From Balanoglossus misakiensis (Eukaryota; Animalia; Hemichordata), in assembly GCA_040954595.2 (NCBI GenBank), contig CM082595.2, forward strand, positions 1,614,635 through 1,678,634: 64,000 nucleotides of DNA. Reading direction: 5' to 3'. This document shows, piece after piece, positions 39,601 to 53,369 of this stretch. The notes beneath the pieces are model-generated. The model had not been told where the DNA came from. It did no database searches and saw only the letters and a program-made list of their open reading frames with translations. Position 1 is the stretch's first letter; every line of letters starts with the position of its first letter. Position numbers and translations under genes: made by a program.

Positions 39601-42197
39601 AATTTTTCGACTTTGCGGATTTTCGAAATTTGGTGATTTTTTGAGAAAAACCATGGGTTATAGCTCATGAAATCACCCAAAAATGACAATTTTTCGACTT
39701 TGCGGATTTTCGAAATTTGGTGATTTTTTGAGAAAAACCATGGGTTATAGCTCATGAAAATCACCCAGAAATGACAATTTTTCGACTTTGCTGATTTTCG
39801 AAATTTGGTGATTTTTTGAGAAAAACCATGGGTTATAGCTCATGAAATCACCCAGAAATGACAATTTTTCGACTTTGCGGATTTTCGAAATTTGGTGATT
39901 TTTTGAGAAAAACCATGGGTTATAGCTCATGAAAATCACCCAGAAATGCCAATTTTTCGACTTTGCGGATTTTCGAAATTTGGTGATTTTTTGAGAAAAA
40001 CCACGGGTTATAGCTCATGAAATCACCCAGAAATGAAAATTTTTCGACTTTGCGTATTTTCGAAATTTGGTGATTTTTTGAGAAAAACCATGGGTTATAG
40101 CTCATGAAAATCACCCAGAAATGACAATTTTTCGACTTTGCGGATTTTCGAAATTTGGTGATTTTTTGATAAAAACCATGGGTTATAGCTCATGAAATCA
40201 CCCAGAAATGACAATTTTTCGACTTTGCGGATTTTCGAAATTTGGTGATTTTTTGAGAAAACCATGGGTTATAGCTCATGAAATCACCCAGAAATGACAA
40301 TTTTTCGACTTTGCGGATTTTCTAAATTTGGTGATTTTTTGAGAAAAACCATGGGTTATAGCTCATGAAATCACCCAGAAATGACAATTTTTCGACTTTG
40401 CGGATTTTCGAAATTTGGTGATTTTTTGAGAAAAACCATGGGTTATAGCTCATGAAATCACCCAGAAATGACAATTTTTCGACTTTGCGGATTTTCGAAA
40501 TTTGGTGATTTTTTGAGAAAAACCATGGGTTATAGCTCATGAAATCACCCAGAAATGACAATTTTTCGACTTTGCGGATTTTCGAAATTTGGTGATTTTT
40601 TGAGAAAAACCATGGGTTATAGCTCATGAAAATCACCCAGAAATGACAATTTTTCGACTTTGCGGATTTTCGAAATTTGGTGATTTTTTGAGAAAAACCA
40701 TGGGTTATAGCTCATGAAATCACCCAGAAATGACAATTTTTCGACTTTGTGGATTTTCGAAATTTGGTGATTTTTTGAGAGAAACCATGCGTTATAGCTC
40801 ATGAAATCACCCAGAAATGACAATTTTTCGACTTTGCGGATTTTCGAAATTTGGTGATTTTTTGAGAAAAACCATGGGTTATAGCTCATGAAATCACCCA
40901 GAAATGACAATTTTTCGACTTTGCGGATTTTCGAAATTTGGTGATTTTTTGATAAAAACCATGGGTTATAGCTCATGAAAATCACCCAGAAATGACAATT
41001 TTTCGACTTTGCGGATTTTCGAAATTTGGTGATTTTTTGAGAAAAACCATGGGTTATAGCTCATGAAATCACCCAGAAATGACAATTTTTCGACTTTGCG
41101 GATTTTCGAAATTTGGTGATTTTTTGAGAAAAACCATGGGTTATAGCTCATGAAAATCACCCAGAAATGACAATTTTTCGACTTTGCGGATTTTCGAAAT
41201 TTGGTGATTTTTTGAGAAAAACCATGGGTTATAGCTCATGAAAATCACCCAGAAATGACAATTTTTCGACTTTGCGGATTTTCGAAATTTGGTGATTTTT
41301 TGAGAAAAACCATGGGTTATAGCTCATGAAAATCACCCAGAAATGACAATTTTTCGACTTTGCGAATTTTCGAAATTTGGTGATTTTTTGAGAAAAACCA
41401 TGGGTTATAGCTCATGAAAATCACCCAGAAATGACAATTTTTCGACTTTGCGGATTTTCGAAATTTGGTGATATTTTGAGAAAAACCATGGGTTATCGCT
41501 CATGAAATCACCCAGAAATGACAATTTTTCGACTTTGCGGATTTTCGAAATTTGGTGATTTTTTGAGAAAATTCATGGGTTATAGCTCATGAAAATCACC
41601 CAGAAATGACAATTTTTCGACTTTGCGGATTTTCGAAATTTGGTGATTTTTTGAGAAAAACCATGGGTTATAGCTCATGAAAATCACCCAGAAATGACAA
41701 TTTTTCGACTTTGCGGATTTTCGAAATTTGGTGATTTTTTGAGAAAAACCATGGGTTATAGCTCATGAAAATCACCCAGAAATGACAATTTTTCGACTTT
41801 GCGGATTTTCGAAATTTGGTGTTTTTTGAGAAAAACCATGGGTTATAGCTCATGAAATCACCCAGAAATGACAATTTTTCGACTTTGCGGATTTTCGAAA
41901 TTTGGTGATATTTTGAGAAAAACCATGGGTTATCGCTCATGAAATCACCCAGAAATGACAATGTTTCGGATTTTCGAAATTTGGTGATTTTTTGAGAAAA
42001 ACCATGGGTTATAGCTCATGAAAATCACCCAGAAATGACAATTTTTCGACTTTGCGGATTTTCGAAATTTGGTGATTTTTTGAGAAAAACCATGGGTTAT
42101 AGCTCATGAAAATCACCCAGAAATGACAATTTTTCGACTTTGCGGATTTTCGAAATTTGGTGATTTTTTGAGAAAAACCATGGGTTATAGCTCATGA
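36685..42197 (-). repeat. Satellite family A, reverse block
   Basis: Reverse complement of the A unit; the track gives the same pseudo-peptide on the minus strand. Confidence 0.95.
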
Positions 42198-42655
42198 AGA
42201 TCATCCACAAATGTCAATTTTTCGACTTCGCGAATTTTCAAAATTTGGTCATTTTTTCATAAAAACCATGGGTTAAAGCTCATGAAAATCGTCAAAAATG
42301 GCAAATTCTTGACTTTGCCAACTTTCGTGATTTTTTTTTATTTTGGGACGTCTTTCATGGGTTATCGCTCATGAAAATTATCAAAAATGGCAAATGCTTG
42401 ACTTTGCTAACTTTGGTGATTTTGTCATTTTGGGACATTTTTCGTGGGTTATAGCTCATGAAAATCGTCAAAAATGGCAAATTCTTGACTTTGCCAACTT
42501 TGGTGATTTTGTCATTTTTGGACGTCTTTCATGGGTTATAGCTCATGAAAATCGTCAAAAGTGTCAAATTCTTGACTTTGCCAACTTTGGTGATTTTGTC
42601 ATGTTCAGACGTTTTTCATGGGTTATAGCTCATGAAAATTGTCAAATTCTTGACT
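42198..42655 (-). repeat. Diverged right-edge monomers
   Basis: Units such as catgggttatagctcatgaaaatcgtcaaaaatggcaaattcttgactttgccaactttggtgattttgtcatttttggacgtcttt keep the core but differ elsewhere. Confidence 0.85.
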
Positions 42656-42823
42656 GTTATCAGATTTTGTGTGTGATTAATATTGCTGTTAAACTTTCCC
42701 GGATATGTTCTTTGCATTGCAGTGAGTTTAAGTCAAGGTGATATCTTCTCAATGCTTAGACGATGGTTTGAAATATCCAAGAGTACTGCTTAAGGTAAGA
42801 CCGAATCAATCTCAATTTGACAC

Positions 42824-42978
42824 TCTAAGTTTTTTTAATGTGAAAGCATAGAGTAAAGCCTGAAAAATTTTCTAAGTTCTTTTTTTTAATGTTAAAGTAT
42901 ACAGTAAAGCCTGAAAATTTTTCTAAGTTCTTTTTTTAATGTTAAAGTATAGAGTAAAGCCTGAAAAATTTCTAAGTG
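42824..42978 (+). repeat. ~50-bp tandem repeat, about 3 copies
   Basis: tctaagtt..ttttttaatgt.aaag.ata.agtaaagcctgaaaa recurs three times. Confidence 0.85.
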
Positions 42979-43201
42979 TTTTTTTTTTACAAAAAAGCAG
43001 ACACCAAGGATTGAAATTTATTTTATTGTATTTTATTTCATTTTCTAGTAAATCATGACAAAACCAAAGTATTGAAATTTAACTCGTATTCACTTGTCGT
43101 TTCAGGTCTATCTGTTGAATGGTTGATGACCAATCGAAAGAAGTGGAGTCCAGCTGGGATCTGAAAAGACAAGGCAAGTGTTAGAAAATGCAACTTAAGA
43201 G

Positions 43202-43286
43202 GGGGCATACACAAGTTTCAAAAATTGTCTAAGTTTTTTCTAAGTTTTGTTTGACTTAGAAAATTTTTGAAACTTGTGTATGCCCC
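43202..43286. repeat. Inverted repeat with 33-bp arms
   Basis: ggggcatacacaagtttcaaaaattgtctaagt / acttagaaaatttttgaaacttgtgtatgcccc, one mismatch. Confidence 0.9.
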
Positions 43287-44275
43287 ATAGGAGGGGTATA
43301 GACAAATTTTCAATTTTTAAGCGTTTTTGACTTAGTTTTTTTTTTTTTTTGCTTTTTGTAGGCCATCCCAAACCCCACCCTTACCATCCCCAGCAGGGTT
43401 GAGCAGGGACTAATAAATCTTACTTCGGTTGAGCAAAGTTGAATTTTTTGTACAAGTGCATTATGGGCATCATAATCTATGCACGATCTTTTCAGATGCA
43501 AAACATTTTTGCATTTGAAAAGATCAACAAAATGTACGAGTTTTGATTTCAAACTTTGTCATCTCATTTTATATGAATAAAGATAACTTGCAAAATTCAA
43601 GAGATTATTGTTGTTGTTGATGTTGTTGTTGTTGTATGAAAACCTCCCTACCTACCCCCCCCCCCCTCCACACACACACACCCTCTTTTTGCATGAACTC
43701 GACATCACTAAACGCCCTCAACGTTTCATAACAATTCTTACATTGGAAACGAATCATCAAGTTCACCATATCTATATGCATGAACATCATGCGCCACATT
43801 GCATTGGTCATACACACGGAGGTCACACCGTCACTCCTATGCAAGTGATAGCGATATAACCATAACATGGGTGTGTCTCCCATTTTCGTCGGTAAAATAA
43901 AAAGCGAGTGGTTTTTATCACTAAATGGACGCTTCATAGATACCAGCATGTAAGATTTTATGAGGTACGGCTTATTTTACGCCCTTAACACGAATACTCG
44001 CAGAAAAAGGTCTAATTGGGTTTAACACTCGCTTGGGAATATTATTTCCGGTATAAAATGCTGAATAAAATGAAATTTCTAAGGATGTGACTATTAACAT
44101 AAGAGAGACTGAAATCTTCATTGTCCCATTATCGAGTTCCCTGCATAGCTGTTGAATTGTAGTTTTTAGGGTGGTGCGACGAAAGAAACCCCCACACAAA
44201 TAAGCATTTACACCGATTTTTCCACGTTTACCATGTTTTATTTGGTGCGTATGCTCAGAACTGTTTTTTTTTTCA

Positions 44276-44463
<188 letters not shown>

Positions 44464-47028
44464 CTTTGCCTCAGATTTAGGTCATTTTGGCTGCATAACT
44501 TGATTAGCCTCAGCCCTTCAACCTGATCATCCAAAGGTAAGGCCGGGTTTTAATGTCATGGTTAATTTTTGAATCTCCCTGAACTTGTCGCGGTTGCCGT
44601 GCCCTAAATATGACGAGGCTTACGTGCGAAATCAAACGTTTACAGCCTCGTTCTGAATAGTACACTCGGGTTCAACTGTACAATGCCAAGGTCACTGACG
44701 TCATCGAACTTGACAGTTTCACCTCTATTAAACGAGATGGTGAACTATAATATAAGTTGCATTTTCGATGTTATTCTGCATAGTTCACTTCAAGGGCTTT
44801 GAATATTTTTCAACGTACATGTGACAGCTTTTGTGTTTGTTTGTTTTTACAGAAAATGCTGATCGAAGTTATACAGTATCTTTCTTTAAAAAAGATGGCG
44901 TGATTCGATAGTGCTAATCACCACGTTTAAGACAGACAGCACCACAACCGTTGAAAATGTTCTCTCAAAGCCAAGCTGTGAGCATTGGCTTATCTGTGGG
45001 TGGAGTTTGGGGTCCTTGAACCCGTACTTTCAACTGGGAGTGGGGCAAAAAGTAGGTCACGAAAACCCACAAAATTGTTCAACTAAAAACGGGCATGAAC
45101 AGTGAGTCATTCATCTGTGGTGCTGGGGGGGGGGGGGGGGGGTTCGCTGACCCATCACCCGGCCGCTGACCCTGTTGCCCCGGAAATAAGCTTAGGTGTT
45201 CCAACACCAATATAACTCCTTAAAAATTAACATACGTCATGCTCATTGAAACACTTGTTATAGAAATCCACCTTGTGTTTTAAAACTCTATTGAGTGAAT
45301 CGAAGGAAAGATATTATTTCTATTTCAGCCATAATCAGAGAAAATGAAGACACTCAGGGAATAGGGCTATTATTCGTTTTCCTGTTCGCGTTAAAATGTG
45401 AAATTTGGCCGCTCATTTAGCGTGTCAAGACGCGACAAAGACTTACACCAATTAAGCTTACAGCTTCAAAAACATATTTTGTTCCTTTGTGCAGATTCGA
45501 CTAGTTTCCATCCCACTGGGGGTATCACGGTTATGATTTGGCATTTAGGATAAAAATAAAGTCCTGTTATCGGTGCGGATGTTGGTCTATTCTTGTTCTG
45601 TTCTTCAAATCGCAGACATTCGAAAGGGAAGGCTTGGTATATCAAATTAAGGAGTGGCCGTTGCCAATATGAAAGGTTATAAAGAGCTTATTTGAAACTG
45701 TCGGCTTTATGCCGGCTTGCAAACAAACGAAAGCGGGTAACGACCGCACGCTCGACAGTCCTGTTAATAGTCATTTACTCACAGTCTCAATCGGACGAAC
45801 AGGATGAAGACTGCGCCGAAGACCGGATCAGGAGAACGGAAGACACGATTGGAGTCATTAACGTTCTGAAATGGAATTCTCTATACAGCATTTTTTCATG
45901 AATTTTGATATCGTTTAAGCTTACTTTGCGGGCAGATGTGACTCACGTTTCTCTGTAATTGTTACTGCATATGACGATACTTTTGTTATCAATGGAAGGT
46001 ACGATAACAGCTCCTTGGGGTCTCACAGTTCCTGTACAGACTTTTATTAATTCATTTCGAGGTTAACGGTTTTTTTTTTTATAATAAAACAAATCTCTCC
46101 GTTCTGAAGCCTAGTTATTCCAGTCTGAGCTTGTTTCCAAAGGAATCTTTGAAAACAGCTTGAAACAAAATGCACAATAATCGATGAGAGGTTCCAAGAG
46201 ACGGAAACCAATGACAACTTGAACACATCAGGTCTGTGACTGAGGTAAACCGGATATCCCCAGCTGAGAAGAAAATTGAAATTACTGCCGTGAAAAATAC
46301 TTGTTTTATGTTTACATCAAACAAATATTTTTATCAGCGTTCCTTTGCTAGAACACTTTGCTAGAACACTACGTGCTTTGTTATCTGTATTCAATGGAAA
46401 ACACTGCTTACGGTGTAACAGAAATACATTCGGATTTGTACTCGGGGTCCGGGTGATTGAACACCGGGACTTTGCTCTCGGCGAGTACGCATGCGTGGTG
46501 CTATACAGATGTGATGATAGACATTTTGGAATTCCGACCAAATTGAGATAATTCTGATAATTTCGTTGTCTTCTCCTGAGGACTTGATGCATGGGAGTCA
46601 ATTCAAAGTTTATTATTTTCTTTTGCAAGAATTGTCTGCGCAAACCACTGTTACTTTCACATGAAAAAAGTGACTGACCGCATTTGAAGATACCGCTTCC
46701 TCATTATAATATAATTACAATGTGTTGAAATACTCTGCAATTGTTTTCTTCCGCGTATAAAATAATTACAATGTGTTGAAACAGTCAGAATTTTTTTTCA
46801 AACTTCCCAAGGTCTTTTCTTCGAAATAAAAGGTCCTCGTTTATTAAGGCCGTAATGCTTATAATCACGTACAGGAAGCGGTTAGTAAATGGCGGCCCGC
46901 TCGGTAGTTTAAATTTAAGTATTTTTAATCGTGTGTCCTTGACTCGACCGACAGTGGTCGTTGCGATTCAAACATACAACGCGGTGAAAAGACGGGAAAC
47001 GTGAACCGAAGTCCCCCGTCACGATGTG

Positions 47029-47044
47029 AGGTCAACTCAGGTCA
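47029..47044 (+). promoter_or_regulatory. Perfect DR4 response element
   Basis: AGGTCA actc AGGTCA. Confidence 0.45.
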
Positions 47045-50000
47045 AATGAAGAGTCGGCCAATCGATGTAACCCCACGGTATCGGCCAATCGATATGGATA
47101 CCACGTTTACTACGAAATTCACTGGAGTAAACATTTCAATCTCAGATGGGAATGACACAAAAGTTGGGTGTCCGCTTACTGGTGAAAAGTCAAATATCTC
47201 AGGTTACTTGAGTACTTGTAGAACACCGTACACGTGTATTGCTTTACATCATACATATATCTGCCAGACATTTGAAAATAACACCGCTCACGTTGTTCTC
47301 CATCATCACATTGATGATTATCACAATATGGTTCTACTTCAAATGTTACAACAAATTTGATCCTGGGTCGCGATGTCTCCCACTAAAACAAACATTCCGA
47401 CAACTTCATTAAAGTTTACATTGGGTTGGTGATAAGAATGGCAGTCATGTCCTTACCCGAACGCACTATTTGTATTTTAGATAATTAAAACCATAAAATG
47501 GAAAGTGTACACGTCAGCCTAGGTTGGATAGGAAACGGGTATTGAACTAAACAAGCACACGTACTATGTACTCGCCACGGGGCGTGAAGTCAATCACCTG
47601 TATTCAGGTCAAAGCGTCAGCTTCTGACGATGTGGTATAGTATTAGTATAGTAGTGAGTTATATGATTCATAGAACGTCAATTTTCTCCCCTCCTACATC
47701 CCTTATTCATTTAACATCGATTATCAGTTTTATAAGCCTCGTTTATTTTTATAAATGGGCGCGTGTAATTGCTGGCCCCAGCCACGGTTTGGTTTATACC
47801 TGCGCTGTATTGTGATAGAATGCTTCGTCGTCACAGTCGCCAACTACCGATGCGTTGAGTGACGTCACAAGCGTGGACCGTGTTTATCAGTTTGAAGTCA
47901 ACACAGGTCAAAAACCGTGCGATGCCTAAACCCAAGAGAGTCACCCATCAGAGTCACTGTAAACGCATGTTTTCCTGTGAAAAGTCCGCCTGGCGTAGAA
48001 TTGATTACAGAAGTAGCGATATCTTGATTACAAAACTAAGAGACAAACTGGAAAGGATGTAGGATGCGTAATGTAGGAAGGTATCACTTTCCTCACATCA
48101 ATTTTAGGAATTCTCACCGACAATCACAACCTAGAGAGGCTATTAACCTCCAACGCATGCATGAACGCCATTTTAAACGACAAGAGTCGCTTGCTTCTTG
48201 ATATTTATATCTTGGTTACATTTAGTGCACATGAAAAGTTCCTGACATTAGTGTTAAAAGAGCAATCTTTGGATTCCTAATTTTGCATTTGTACAATTAC
48301 GCCATCGGCATCTTGCATATGATGATGTGAGCGATCCAGAGTCGTGGCATTTAACCTAATGGTTCATTTACAAGAATAAACAACACTAATAAATTCTCAA
48401 GTAGAGCAGCGATATTCTCCCAAACGATGCCTCCTAATAGCCTTTTTTTCTTTGATCTGTGATCATGGTTTTACAATAAGACAGACATCTCCGGTTTGAT
48501 TCACGACATTCAATCTATTTGCTCAAGGTTCATTGGTGTTTTACAGTCAATACCGACAATTAATCACTCGGGAAGCTATGTTCCGTTGAATTGGTTAACA
48601 CGACATAAAAATGGACAAACTGGCCTTCTCTGTTTCCATGGGAATCAGACCGTCGTCGTCAATGGTCGTATTGTTGTTGTTATCGTGTTTCTTTGTTGTT
48701 GGCATGAGTGTGTAAACAAGCGGAAGGATTTGAGTTTGCAGCGAACACCAACAACCATGAATGGGACCTGTCATCCTCAGGCGCATTGAATAGCCATGAG
48801 ATGAGGCAACTTTGGCACGAGTACAACTTCCGGTACAGAAAGAGAACCTCACTGTTTCGCTGACATATATCTTTACCTGGAGGGCTATGATCTCAAGTCA
48901 TTTTACACATGGACATGTTTCCCCTTGTTATGTGTGTGGTCTCTAACAAAGTCTTTAGCGCTATGTCGAGTAGAGGTCTATATTAAAGACTCAGCAACTC
49001 AACATTTTGTCTGTTTTTTTCAGTATTCTTCTCAAACGTATCAAGTCGTTTTTTAGCTTTTCAACAAAATATTGATATTCATGAAACATGTATTAATTTC
49101 ACAATTCTGTCATTTTATACTGTTGTTGTTTCGTTCAGTTTTCTGCGACCCGTCTATTTAATATCCTGCGCTATCGTCAAAAATATAAAAGACTGTTGTT
49201 ATGGTTACGGGCTGACGTGAATGAAATCACATATTCTCTGACACACGCGATTCTTTCACTGATCCCTCGAGACGCCAGTGGTGATTGTGTGTTTCGAAAT
49301 GGTGTGATAAAAGCATCAAGACTGTGTTACTCATGTTACCATGACAACGAGTGCTAACATCGTGACACGAAGTGAACTTTGTGTCTCCGATGATTTCTCT
49401 GAAGACTCTTTTGTCGTCAAGACAACGCTCGGGTGAACGCTCGCATTTCGGTCATTCAATCTTTTTCCGAAGCAGATTTCCTAACAGGGGCAAGACAGGT
49501 TACATCAACGATGACAGAAAGGAGTTTTCTCGAAAGCAGCAATAATTTGCGTTTGATTTTTCAGCTTATAAATGTTGAAAATCCATGTTTCGTTTCCAAG
49601 TTCTGTTATGGTAACGTAAGATAACAGCGCAGCACAACACAACACAGGAATATAATCATGTCAAAAGGCACCATAGAGACAGAAAGAGCGCACTAATATA
49701 CATGGAACAGATTGTATTATTTGACAGTTTTTTCCAATGACAGAATTGTCCAGTTACAGTTTTAGAGTCACAGTAGAAGTGTTAGGCAACACTCCACAAG
49801 GATGACATAATGTTTTCACAATGACTAGGTCACATCCGAATTCCTACACGAGAAGTATGCTGTGGCTATTTTGAGGCAGACATACCACCATTATAGGGTA
49901 AAGTACGATCTTACATTACTAGTCCAAGTAACAGCATTACTTTCTGTCGACAATTTTTAATCTAGACGTAACACGGTGCCACAATTCTCAGCATTAAAAC

Positions 50001-53000
50001 ATCCGGTTTGGTTATACCAAGAGACGTCGGATGAAGATGATACATCTTGCTCAAAATTTTCCTAAAAACACAAAAATGAGGATGAGGTCGATTATTGCTA
50101 ACGGTCAAGTTCGCGTGATGACTTCGAATATGGAGGCGTGACAAGTTGTTCAAATTCGTTGAGTTTTCGTCCAACAAGAAATCGCCAACGCCTAAGTCGA
50201 GGAGTCATCCAGAAGGCTTAAATTAAAATCCCACACACATACGTGACCCCTTTTACATTGCACATAAAAATTCTTGTACTATTTTATTTTCCTGTTTTTC
50301 TAACCAGATTTCATTCTGTGATGTCACCGACAAATGCAATACAGCTTTTAATTTCCTGAAATGGAGTAACAAATGTTATTATAGCTTCAATTATATCCAG
50401 TCGCCCTTTTTCATCATGACTGCCCAACATGTCTGATGTATTTGTGGTAATTTTATTTGCCTGATGGTTAGAAACATCTTTGGCCAAGCTTTGGTTAATT
50501 CGCAAAGTCTGACACTGCAGGTCGAAATCCCAGCATGCTCTGCGTGGGAAGAGAAATGCATGCGCAGTTGGCAGATTTCTAGAAAAAAATGACCAACAAC
50601 GAAATTGCAATGGCTGTACATCAACCAAGCGCTGAAACGTTCGGGAATCACACTTCCGCTTTGATTGATTGATCATCTTCAGACAGCAAGCAACATGGTC
50701 AATAATCTGTCAATCTGATGAAGAGAGAGCGATGAGCCTGTTGTTGCAGTGCGCCGTCATCGTGTTGCAACGTGCTCACACAGAATACAACAACCTGCCA
50801 AAGTTACAAGCCTGAGACAAAGAGAAACAACCGAAAAGCAGCTCCATTCAATTTCTTTCTAAATCGGGCAAGACCTTGACGGTATTGCTGCATCTGTCAA
50901 GTCGAGTCGTGTCTGTGCAGAGCGCAGACAAAAAAAAGTTATTTTTAACAAAAATAAACGTCTGCGTGAAAAAGTGGGTACCGGATTTTTCTGATGTGAT
51001 TGTCCTTGATGTTGAGGCCTTGGAATAACACAACGCTTTGTTCATCGGAAGCAAGTGAAATGCAAACTGTTGCCAGATGGAAATTCAACAAGCTATAACT
51101 ATATATCCTCACTGGTTTGTGATTACTAAAAGATTGGAATTTGATGTTTATAAACTTAAGTTAACAAAAATACGCGGATATTAACAGAGTACCCAATTTA
51201 TTTTATCAGTTTTCTGAGATTTCAGAATTCGTACAAACAATCTTCGCACATGAGAATGTCTTCCAATGTAAACTGCCTAGCCACGCGAGATCTCGCAAGG
51301 TCTCGTGGAGTTCGGAAAATGGCCTATTATAGTCTTAGTCGGGCTGCATCGATTTGCACGTACACAGACTCGGAATGAACCGTCGCTCAGCCAGACTGCA
51401 GACTAGACATGCTGAGAAACATGCGGGTAGTCGAACTATAACAATCGACGAAGGACGCACGTTTGTCTTGAAGTCACAGTATTATAATTTTACCTAAAAT
51501 ATCAATCATTGAGATCAAAGTACAGCTCAAAGATGTGATGTTATTATTGATATTATTGCTTACTAAAAAGCATGTCTTTGATTGTGCTGATCGATTGATA
51601 TCAAGCGCGAATGTCATCTAAAGTTTGGATGATGCTCGTATATCCAGGATAGCGACGTGAATATGTTCCATTATGACGTTTTCCTTCCATTGTTTGATTC
51701 TTTGACAGATTTTTTTTGCTCAAAGGATTCATGACCGAATCTGCGGGTATGAATGAGTCAAACACAGGCCAGACAGGCAGACAGGTTCGAGGTTTTAACC
51801 AGGATCTTCACATAACGGAAATTTGTGAGGTCGCTTTTCGTGTCTTGGAAAAAATGCATGAAGTACTGTTATTTTTTTCCTGGAAGAAGCCAAACCCAAG
51901 AACTAAACGATTGTACATAGTGATCTTCAATGTCAAGGGCAAGGGAGAGTCAATGTCGGAAGAGGTTCAGGGTCTCTTCTTTCGAAGGTCTTCATGTTGC
52001 TAAAGTTTTCATATTAAGTTTGGGTTGGGTCAGGGGTCAGACTGTTACCGCGGTTTCCCCCGGGGTCTGTGCGTCTTCCCGTGTGCGGGTTTTGTTGACA
52101 CAATAGACCATTTTCTGAACTCCACGAGATCCTGTGAGATTTCGAGTGGCTAGTTTACTAGTATTTGTATATGGGAGAACAGGACTACTTACACATAGCC
52201 CATCGTGAGAGACGCCACTAAAATTACAATTTTATCTAAACTTTGCACTTATTCAAGCTTCTTATAAAGCTTGATTGTATAAATTGTCTACCAATCCTGT
52301 GCTAAAAAAATATGTGTGGCTTGCTTTGGTAACAGGGAGGGGCGCGGGCGTCACGTGGTTGTTTTTGTTGCCTTGATAATACCTTCACCAGAAGGTCATG
52401 CGCAGAATGGTGTTGACTTTGACTGGTGACGTCACAAAGACGGTTCAACCGTAGGCCTACTTTCGAAAAATAAAGGTTATCAACCGCTGCAGTCATACGG
52501 CAGACTCGTTTAGAATGGGTATCGACTCACAAGCCTGAAGTCTTGATACGCACAATGTTAAAGTTTTGGAAGTCTGCCAAGAAGCTGAGCTGGAGCGCGA
52601 GAAATAACCCCGAGACCGTTCGGAATCGGAAGAAGACGAAGGACTTTTTGTTGTTTTTATGCAAATGTGGAAAATTACACTTGGCCTACAGAACAAGGAG
52701 CATTGCTTTGTGCAGATGAACCATGACGTGAAATTATTCAAACAAGTCGTCTTTTCACGGGTAACCATGGCAGCCAGCAATTTGTCACGAAGAGTATGCC
52801 TACAAATAATATATTTATGCAGAAGACGTGAAACTGAATCAGTCAAATTATTTCAAAAGCAGTAACATCTACTTTCTCAACAGCAAATAAAAACGAAACC
52901 AAAAGACAAAAAACATAGTGGGTGGTATATTTATATTTTGATCGCCTGTAATGAAGTTCTGAATGATAATACGGCAGCACTGTGCTGTATTTCATTGCAG

Positions 53001-53354
53001 TGTTTTTTTTTTACGACAAATGATTAAAAGCAACAATGATGTAATTTATAATAGAATACCTGAGCTCCTACATAGTCTATTGTCGTAAAACCGAATTCAT
53101 ATTGATTTTCCTTTATAAAAACTTTTAAGGCCTACATGTTTATTATCCTGACGAACAAAACAACAACAACAACAACAACCAAATGTCACATTTTAGGAAC
53201 GCCGTAAATCTTTCGTCGCGGTCATCAAACTCACGTATCTTCATAGTCTGTGTTATTTGGATTTCAATTAGCATATGGAGGTCGATAGCTGACCCGTGAT
53301 CGTCGGTAACCTTGGTGATTAGAATGTTTATAACGTCACAGTCAAATATACTCT

Positions 53355-53369
53355 GGGTCAGGGTGACCT
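53355..53369. promoter_or_regulatory. Consensus IR3 (ERE-type) element
   Basis: GGGTCA ggg TGACCT. Confidence 0.45.

Larger units (their letters stand above)
17270..42655. repeat. ~25.4-kb satellite array of 87/88-bp monomers with nested inverted (foldback) organisation
   Basis: Continuous tandem units that all contain CATG(G/A)GCTATAAC(C/T)CATG or its reverse complement; orientation blocks were read directly. Confidence 0.97.

Noticed and set aside
17270-42655. CRISPR-like array with palindromic repeats
   Set aside because: The sequence between cores is near-identical rather than unique spacers, there are no cas genes, and the context is eukaryotic.
17870-42741. Repeated ORFs MSYNPWFFSKNHQISKIRKVEKLSFLGDF as a repeat protein
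   Set aside because: They are a by-product of 87-bp units being a multiple of three. Interspersed 88-bp units shift the frame, and family B has no such ORFs.
17100-42790. Unique-sequence TIRs flanking the array
   Set aside because: The reverse complement of the left flank does not align with the right flank apart from the AGTACT palindrome.
16121-42800. TTAA|GG at 16117 and at 42790 as termini of one giant element
   Set aside because: The left terminus already closes at 16533, and the two sequences are not inverted copies.
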